NCBI GenBank assembly: GCA_039795225.1
Contig: JBDKEN010000001.1
Span: 21,610 to 85,609, forward strand
DNA: 64,000 nucleotides
Direction of reading: 5' to 3'
Source of the DNA: Bacteroidota bacterium
GTDB lineage: Bacteria > Bacteroidota > Ignavibacteria > Kapaibacteriales > Kapaibacteriaceae
Shown here: positions 57,896 to 64,000 of the stretch, piece by piece
Layout: the number at the start of each line of letters is the position of its first letter
Numbering within the stretch: the stretch's first letter is position 1
Position numbers and translations under genes: made by a program
The notes under the pieces: generated by a model
The model's database searches: none
The model's input: only the letters and a program-made list of their open reading frames with translations
What the model was told of the DNA's origin: nothing

Positions 57896-57915
57896 CGACC
57901 AACTATGGTTGGTCG
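57896..57915. terminator. Hairpin between convergent genes (possible bidirectional terminator)
   Basis: CGACCAAC-TATG-GTTGGTCG is a perfect 8-bp stem with a 4-nt loop. No clear U-tract lies on either side. Confidence 0.35.
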
Positions 57916-57916
57916 A

Positions 57917-58729
57917 TCAATTTCCGTAGCGGTCGCGGTATGTTGGTGGGAGATCAATCGCATACTTCACCGCAAGTCCCAGCCTGAGAACATTCGTCTT
58001 CCAATCACGATTGTACAGGATGTTCGTGATGCCATACGTGTACTGCAGCTCCGGTGCAATAGTCAGGTCCGGCACGTTGGGAATCTGGATGTCATAGCTC
58101 AAACCGGCATTCACCCCGAACTGCAGATTGCGCACGTCGGACAGGAAGCCGGAACGCACATTGCGCTCCCGCGATCCATCGACGTAGGTAATGGTACTTG
58201 GTGATACAATCGACTCGCTCTGTGTGAATGATGTTCCGGTAATGTATCCGCATTGGATACCAAGACCTATGTCGAAGCCCTGTACATCAAAACTTACTCC
58301 TGGTTCAATAAACACTGCGTGAACGGTTGCTGCGATGTCATGACGAATCGTCAACCGTCGTGATGCAAGCTCACCGTTATATGCCCAAAGCTCTTCGTTG
58401 GAGCTGAAGTCGCCCCCTAACTGCGTATACATCAATCGCAGATATGGAGTCAGCCCCATACTCAGAGGAACCTCGGCGATTCCGTCAATCGAAAAGCCTG
58501 TCTTCTGCGCATTGCCGAAGCCCAGACAGCAATTGTCGATCTGCGGCAATGAGGCAAAGTCAGCTTGAAGGAATCGTTGATCAAAGGATGCGGCGATGCC
58601 CAGACGGATCTTCTCATACATGAGCGTTGGACGTGTCTGTGCATGTGCAACGGTCAGAAGAACTGCCGCTCCGACAAGAGGTCCAAGGCACCGCCGCAGG
58701 AAGTTTGTGATCAAGGTGTAGTGTGGCAT
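57917..58729 (-). CDS. Outer-membrane beta-barrel protein, paralogous to the barrel domain of the OmpA-family protein at 53206
   Basis: It has a signal peptide and alternating beta-strand pattern. FTQSESIVSPSTITYVDGS...LTIAPELQYTYGITN aligns by eye with FEQRESVVSPETAVFFVQGS...LSLVPRLSVDYFVTN of the OmpA-family protein. Confidence 0.55.
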   Translation of the reverse strand: MPHYTLITNFLRRCLGPLVGAAVLLTVAHAQTRPTLMYEKIRLGIAASFDQRFLQADFASLPQIDNCCLGFGNAQKTGFSIDGIAEVPLSMGLTPYLRLMYTQLGGDFSSNEELWAYNGELASRRLTIRHDIAATVHAVFIEPGVSFDVQGFDIGLGIQCGYITGTSFTQSESIVSPSTITYVDGSRERNVRSGFLSDVRNLQFGVNAGLSYDIQIPNVPDLTIAPELQYTYGITNILYNRDWKTNVLRLGLAVKYAIDLPPTYRDRYGN

Positions 58730-58738
58730 GGGGCTCTC

Positions 58739-59662
58739 CTATCGTACGATGATGAATTGCGTGGCCACGGACTGGAACTGTGTACGAACCGACATGACGT
58801 ATGGCCCAGCTGCCATGTCAAGTGGCGAAAATGGGAGTCTGAACTCCCCTGCGGAGACCGGACCCGAGAAGAGCTCGCGTACGGGAGTACCATCACCATC
58901 ATAGATCGTAACAGTGATTACTTCTGCCTGTGCGAAGTCACAAATCACCTCTGCCCTATCACTCACAGGCTGGGGCAGTACGCGAAGCGTCGGATGACCG
59001 GCAACTGCCGTCAGACGTGGACCACCCGCTTTGCAGATGCTGAGATCAGTGAATGAACCGTTCTCCATGTAGACCCGCATACGCGAGGGTTCTTCCCACT
59101 GAAACGATTCGAACTCGAGCGCCGTCGCTGTGTCATTGCCGAGTCGAACGAACGCATTGATCGATGCAAGCTGCTGGATTGTATCGGTTGCAACACCCTT
59201 GAGCGTTATGAGATACGCGTGATCCACCTCCTCAACGCTATCGATGCCACGGGGCTCCAGCATCGACTTGTTGAATCGAATCTTTGCGGTCCAGTGCTTC
59301 ACACCACCGACGAACATCTTTTGCGTTGATACCATCGATATAGGGATGGTAATCGTTTCACCGTTGCGTCCTGTAAGGTGTGGCATGGTCACCGTGGTAT
59401 GCCACCCATTGGCATCGTGGATACGATTCGCCACATACCAGAAGCCCTGTTCCATATGCTTTGGATGTCGCTGGGTGATACCAATCACTGGTTGACCCGC
59501 GGAGCCATGAATCGTGTGGACTGTGGAGGACATCACATCACCTCCATTACTGATAAGGTACTTTCCAACGGAGAGCTGTGCGTTCATCCTCGGTGCCATC
59601 GACAGAGTCAGGATGATGCCGGCGGCCGTTAATGAGCTTGCTACTGCATGTTTCGCATTCAT
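58739..59662 (-). CDS. Secreted protein with a cohesin-like middle domain and a T9SS C-terminal sorting domain
   Basis: It has a signal peptide. GETITIPISMVSTQ...KIRFNKSMLEP resembles a cohesin-type beta-sandwich. The C-terminus is ITVTIYDGDGTPVRELF...GPYVMSVRTQFQSVATQFIIVR. Confidence 0.6.
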   Translation of the reverse strand: MNAKHAVASSLTAAGIILTLSMAPRMNAQLSVGKYLISNGGDVMSSTVHTIHGSAGQPVIGITQRHPKHMEQGFWYVANRIHDANGWHTTVTMPHLTGRNGETITIPISMVSTQKMFVGGVKHWTAKIRFNKSMLEPRGIDSVEEVDHAYLITLKGVATDTIQQLASINAFVRLGNDTATALEFESFQWEEPSRMRVYMENGSFTDLSICKAGGPRLTAVAGHPTLRVLPQPVSDRAEVICDFAQAEVITVTIYDGDGTPVRELFSGPVSAGEFRLPFSPLDMAAGPYVMSVRTQFQSVATQFIIVR

Positions 59663-59679
59663 AAGGCATCCCTCGATGG

Positions 59680-62600
59680 TTAGTTGTTGTGAGTGATCTC
59701 AACCCACTTCTGCAGCGATGAGATGTAGACGAACATGATCAGACCGTTTGTATTGAGCGTCCGACTTGCGATGAACAGCTCAAGCTGATTATCAGTAGCT
59801 GAACGGCCATCATTGCTGTAGAACTTGAGCTGCTTACCAGAGCCGTTGAACACAATGAGTAAGCGTCCGTCCGATCCTCCATCAAAGCCCGTCACGTCCG
59901 TCTGCGCCGTTGCATTGATGAATCGAATCAGACCTGCCTCAGGAATGATGAGGTCATTCAGCTCATTCAACACGTTTTGAACTAAGGCGACATCGATAAC
60001 GGTGCCTTCCCGCAGGTACACGCCGGTAGGCAGTTCACCCTTTTTCGTATTTGTCCACTTCTGCGTTGTGTCGTTCCAGGTCAATACGTCCTGATTCGCC
60101 AGCGTCATTGTCGAATCAATAGGCTTTGTCTGAATCTTCTGAACGACAGGGTTCGGATATGTTCCTTTAAGGTCTCCTCCGGCGGAACCGGTTGGAGAAC
60201 TTGATGACGGGGCTACCGGCTCCCATGAGCTGGTTGTGCTACTCCAGGTCAGCACATTACCCGAAGCAGGCGCAGCTGTCGACACTGTGCGTCCTTGGAT
60301 CTTATTGACAGTCGGATTTGGATACGTGCCCGAAAGATCACCTCCAGCCGATCCACCTGGGGTCGTCCCCGATATCGTAACGTTCGATACATTCGTCAGA
60401 CGTCCATCAGAATCCACCGTGAGCTGAGGAACTTGTGTCGTTGTTCCATACGTACCACCGACGACCGATGTTGAAGCAAGCTCTGATGACCCCACGGCGT
60501 CGGCTGTGATCTGCAGGTTCATCGTATTGATGTTGCCACTGACTGTTACGTCTGTTCCGGCAGCAGTTGCCGGCACGATGGTGAGGTTTGTAGCCGAGCT
60601 CAACCGTCCCTTCGCATCGACGGAAAACTGCGGTACTGCGCTCGTGGTACCATACGTGCCGGAACTGACACCGGTTGTTGTGAGGCTCGGATTCGGATAG
60701 GTTCCCGTAAGATCGCCACCGGCTGGGCCTGATGGAGCAGCACCAGAGATCGTGACGTTGCTTGCACTGGTGATACGTCCATCGGCGTCTACAGTAAACT
60801 GTGCAACCTGCGTGGACGTACCGTAGCTACCAGCCGAGACCGACGTTGATTGCAGTTCGGTCGAGCCAACCACATCCGATCCCAGTTGAAGATTCATCGT
60901 GTTGATGTTACCACTGACGGTTACATCGGTTCCCGCTGCTGTAGCTGGAACAATGGTGACATTTGTTGCACTCGTGAGTCGCCCCTTGGCGTCAACAGAA
61001 ACCTGTGCAACCTGGTGATCACTTCCATACGTAGCAGCCGTCACTCCCGTCAACGTGAGAGTTGGATTTGGATACGTACCGGTAAGATCACCACCGGCAG
61101 CGCCCCCAGGGATCGTGCCAGAGATCGTCACGTTACTGACATTCGTGAGGCGACCATCCGCATCGACTGTGAGCTGCGGGACTTGCGTGGTGGAACCGTA
61201 CATGCCACTCACGACTGCTGTTGATGCCAATTCTGCCGAGCCGACGACATCGGTGCCCAACTGCAAGTTCATACTGTTGATGTTCCCGCTTACGGAGACA
61301 TCGGTTCCAGCGGCAGTAACCGGCACGATGGTGACATTCGTCGCTGAGCTTACCCGTCCCTTCGCATCGACGGATATCTGCGGCACAACGCTCGTTGTTC
61401 CATACGTGCCGGCACTGACGCCGGTCGTGGTCAGACTCGGGTTGGGATAGGTTCCCGTGAGATCTCCCCCTGCGGGACCGGAGGGGGCAATACCAGAAAT
61501 GCTGACGTTGCTCGCATTGGTGATACGACCATCGGTATCAACCGTAAACTGTGCTACCTGTGTAGCCGTACCGTAGGTGCCAGCAGATACTGTCGTCGAG
61601 GCAAGCTCAGGTGCACCGACAACGCTGCTGCCTAATTGCAGATTCATTGTGTTGACATTCCCTGTGACGGTAACATCGGTTCCCGCTGCCGTCGAGGGAA
61701 CGATCGTGACGTTGGTTGCATTTGTTAAACGGCCCTTCGCATCAACAGTGATCTGCGCAACCTGGTGATCGCTACCGTACGTTGCCGCTGCAACGCCTGT
61801 TGTCGTCAACGTCGGATTTGGATATGTGCCGGTGAGATCACCACCCGCTGCGCCGCCCGGTGTTGTGCCAGAGATCGTCACGTTCGTGACGTTAGTCAAC
61901 CGACCATCAGCATCGACGCTCAGCTGTGCGACCTGCGTTGTGGTACCATAGGTACCGCTGGTAACAGCCGTAGGTGCCAGCTCTGTTGGACCGACAACAT
62001 CGGCACCAAGCTGCAGGTTCATCGTATTGATATTACCGGATACCGTAACATCTGTGCCAGCAGCCGTCGTGGGCACAATTGTCAAATTGCTCGCTGCGGT
62101 AAGACGCCCCTTAGCGTCGACGGTAAACTGCGGTACTGCGCTTGTTGAACCGTACGATCCGGCACTCACTCCTGTTGTAATCAATGTTGGATTTGGATAC
62201 GTGCCGGTGAGATCACCGCCTGCTGCGCCACCCGGAGTCGTACCGGTGATCGTCACATTCGTAACGTTCGTGAGTCGACCATCAGCATCGACCGTAAGCT
62301 GGGGAATTTGGGTGGCTGATCCATACGTGCCGAGGGTAACGCCGGATGATGATAGTTCGGATGCACCGACCGTGTTCGCACCAATCTGTAGATTCATGGT
62401 GTTGATGTTCCCGGTCACACTAACATCCGAAGAGCCACTCGTTGCCGGTACAATTGTCAGATTTGATGCCGCAAGAACGCGTCCCTTAGCATCAACGGTA
62501 AACTGCGGTACTGCCGAGGTTGTACCGTATTGATCTGCGACAACCCCTGTTGCAATGAGTGATGGACTTGGGTAGGTGCCCGTAAGATCACCACCGGCAG

Positions 62601-64000
62601 CTCCTCCCGGAGTTGTACCCGATATCGTCACATTCTGTGCTGAAGTTAGACGTCCATCAGCATCGACGGTGAACTGCCCTACCTGCGTGGCTGTACCATA
62701 GGTTCCCGAGCTTACCGCAGTCGGCGCGAGCTCTGTAGGACCGACCACTGCTGTGGCGAGCTGAATGTTCATTGTATTGATGTTTCCCGTCACGGTAGCG
62801 TCTGAGCCTGCAGCTGTGACAGGCACGATTGTCACATTGGTGGCATTGGAGAGTCGACCCTTTGCATCAACAGTAAACTGTCCAACCTGACTATTGCTGC
62901 CATATGTGCCCGATGCAATGCCCGTTGTCGTGAGCGTCGGATTTGGATACGTTCCAGTGAGGTCACCCCCGGCCGACCCTCCCGGCGTGGTGCCGGCTAT
63001 GGTAATGTTCTGTGCTGTGGTGATGCGTCCGTCCTGATCAATCGTGATCTGCGGGACCTGCGTCGTCGTGCCGTAGGTGGCTGCTGATACACCGGTCGAG
63101 GCAAGCTCCTGCGAGCCCACGACATTGGGTCCGATCTGCAGATTCATCGTATTGATCGTGCCGGAAATCGTCACATCAGATGTTAACGAGCTTACGGGTT
63201 GGATCATGACATCGGCTGCCGACAACACCCGCCCCTTCGCATCAATCGTCACCTGTGCAACATGACTCGATGAACCATAGGTGCCGGACATCACGCCGGT
63301 GGTGGTGAGCGACGGATTCGGATAGGTACCAGTAAGATCTCCACCAGCTGCACCTCCGGGAGTAGTTCCTGTAATAGTTGTTGATGTAAGTGCGGTAACT
63401 CGACCATCGTTGTCGATAGTCACGATCGGTACAATCGAGGATGATCCAACGGGGCCAATCGAAGTGGCATGAAGATCAGCCAACTCTGTCGAGCCGACGC
63501 GGCCAGTCTTGATCTGTAGATCCATTGAGTCGAGGTGGCCGGTTACAGTTACGTCAGAAGCGGTAACTGTGCCCGGATGCTCCAGCTTGGACGCATCGAT
63601 TACCTGCATGGATGATGAATTATTGATCGCATTGATAATCGAGGGTCCTGCTGCTGCGATGTTGATCGTCGGATTTGGATATGTTCCAGTCAGATCTCCA
63701 CCGGCTGGCCCTCCGGGAGTCGTTCCAGAGATTGTCACATTCGCCGCCGCGGTAAGTCGTCCATCGGCATCAACAGTAATCTGCGGTACCTGTGTGGTTG
63801 TTCCGTAGGAACCTGCAGCAACCGACGTTGAGGCGAGCTCGTTGGCACTCACCACTGCGGTTCCGAGCTGGAGATTCATGGTGTTGATGTTTCCGGTAAC
63901 GTTGACGTCCGTGCCGGTGGTCACTCCGGGAACAATTGTCACATTGGTCGCAGATGTGAGACGTCCCTTTGCGTCAACGGTGAACTGGCCGACCTGACTC
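59680..64000 (-). CDS. Giant tail-fibre-like repeat protein (more than 1439 aa in the window; the 5' end lies beyond the right edge)
   Basis: The frame stays open to position 64000 and the upstream codons continue the repeat (..QFTVDAKGRLTSATNVTIVPGV). The GGDL(T/S/K)GTYPNP motif occurs 11 times at a period of about 125 aa. A unique C-terminal domain of about 120 aa follows. Confidence 0.7.
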   Translation of the reverse strand, partial: SQVGQFTVDAKGRLTSATNVTIVPGVTTGTDVNVTGNINTMNLQLGTAVVSANELASTSVAAGSYGTTTQVPQITVDADGRLTAAANVTISGTTPGGPAGGDLTGTYPNPTINIAAAGPSIINAINNSSSMQVIDASKLEHPGTVTASDVTVTGHLDSMDLQIKTGRVGSTELADLHATSIGPVGSSSIVPIVTIDNDGRVTALTSTTITGTTPGGAAGGDLTGTYPNPSLTTTGVMSGTYGSSSHVAQVTIDAKGRVLSAADVMIQPVSSLTSDVTISGTINTMNLQIGPNVVGSQELASTGVSAATYGTTTQVPQITIDQDGRITTAQNITIAGTTPGGSAGGDLTGTYPNPTLTTTGIASGTYGSNSQVGQFTVDAKGRLSNATNVTIVPVTAAGSDATVTGNINTMNIQLATAVVGPTELAPTAVSSGTYGTATQVGQFTVDADGRLTSAQNVTISGTTPGGAAGGDLTGTYPSPSLIATGVVADQYGTTSAVPQFTVDAKGRVLAASNLTIVPATSGSSDVSVTGNINTMNLQIGANTVGASELSSSGVTLGTYGSATQIPQLTVDADGRLTNVTNVTITGTTPGGAAGGDLTGTYPNPTLITTGVSAGSYGSTSAVPQFTVDAKGRLTAASNLTIVPTTAAGTDVTVSGNINTMNLQLGADVVGPTELAPTAVTSGTYGTTTQVAQLSVDADGRLTNVTNVTISGTTPGGAAGGDLTGTYPNPTLTTTGVAAATYGSDHQVAQITVDAKGRLTNATNVTIVPSTAAGTDVTVTGNVNTMNLQLGSSVVGAPELASTTVSAGTYGTATQVAQFTVDTDGRITNASNVSISGIAPSGPAGGDLTGTYPNPSLTTTGVSAGTYGTTSVVPQISVDAKGRVSSATNVTIVPVTAAGTDVSVSGNINSMNLQLGTDVVGSAELASTAVVSGMYGSTTQVPQLTVDADGRLTNVSNVTISGTIPGGAAGGDLTGTYPNPTLTLTGVTAATYGSDHQVAQVSVDAKGRLTSATNVTIVPATAAGTDVTVSGNINTMNLQLGSDVVGSTELQSTSVSAGSYGTSTQVAQFTVDADGRITSASNVTISGAAPSGPAGGDLTGTYPNPSLTTTGVSSGTYGTTSAVPQFSVDAKGRLSSATNLTIVPATAAGTDVTVSGNINTMNLQITADAVGSSELASTSVVGGTYGTTTQVPQLTVDSDGRLTNVSNVTISGTTPGGSAGGDLSGTYPNPTVNKIQGRTVSTAAPASGNVLTWSSTTSSWEPVAPSSSSPTGSAGGDLKGTYPNPVVQKIQTKPIDSTMTLANQDVLTWNDTTQKWTNTKKGELPTGVYLREGTVIDVALVQNVLNELNDLIIPEAGLIRFINATAQTDVTGFDGGSDGRLLIVFNGSGKQLKFYSNDGRSATDNQLELFIASRTLNTNGLIMFVYISSLQKWVEITHNN
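60300..64000 (-). repeat. Tandem repeats of about 375 bp (about 125 aa) inside the giant gene, at least 9 copies
   Basis: The DNA encoding GGDLTG recurs near 60333, 60707, 61081, 61457, 61823, 62205, 62581, 62957, 63335 and 63690. Spacing is 355-382 bp. Confidence 0.8.

Noticed and set aside
59680-64000. A prophage or mobile-element origin for the tail-fibre-like gene.
   Set aside because: No integrase, capsid, tail-tube, baseplate or lysis genes, and no att-like repeats, lie in the 6 kb downstream. The neighbours are T9SS cargo and an outer-membrane barrel. The upstream side is outside the window, so this question stays open.

Overview
This is a 64-kb chromosomal window from a moderately GC-rich bacterium. 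I place it in the Bacteroidota/Chlorobiota/Ignavibacteriota (FCB) group by inference only: four proteins carry T9SS-type C-terminal sorting domains, promoter boxes look like the Bacteroidetes TAnnTTTG type, and there is a DUF5683-like protein and a GNCGxCK heavy-metal-associated protein.

I support 46 protein genes and found no rRNA, tRNA, CRISPR array, transposase or integrase.

- **Housekeeping genes:** kynA, pepP, glmM-like, dprA, fni, a polyprenyl synthase, murD, xth, pyrE, ubiE/menG, a CrtI-family desaturase, murB, fumC, gcvP, hrpB, ftsB-like, ridA, pspA and recR.
- **Other content:**
  - the 3' end of a type I restriction hsdR gene followed by a DUF2130-like nuclease gene
  - an RND efflux operon
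  - an ABC-2 transporter
  - a single-polypeptide ABCC-type transporter preceded by two LOG genes
  - several large secreted T9SS cargo proteins: BNR propellers and a metzincin
  - a truncated giant tail-fibre-like repeat protein at the right edge

The most unusual signal is non-coding. Ten intergenic arrays of tandem 7-bp units form one graded family (TTSGTAM, its complement KTACSAA, and GGTACNN and GGTTTGG variants). They fill most of the larger intergenic gaps, keep a consistent orientation relative to the nearest gene end, and in three tandem-gene gaps occur as oppositely oriented pairs.

Three further observations stand out:
- A TAnnTTyG box sits exactly 11-12 nt upstream of the ATG of about ten genes that are first in their apparent operon, which implies leaderless mRNAs.
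- A 1006-aa protein looks like a catalytically degenerate type IIG restriction-modification enzyme.
- A fibre, cohesin-like cargo and beta-barrel gene cluster lies at the right end.

All functional calls come from motif recognition by eye. No searches were run.
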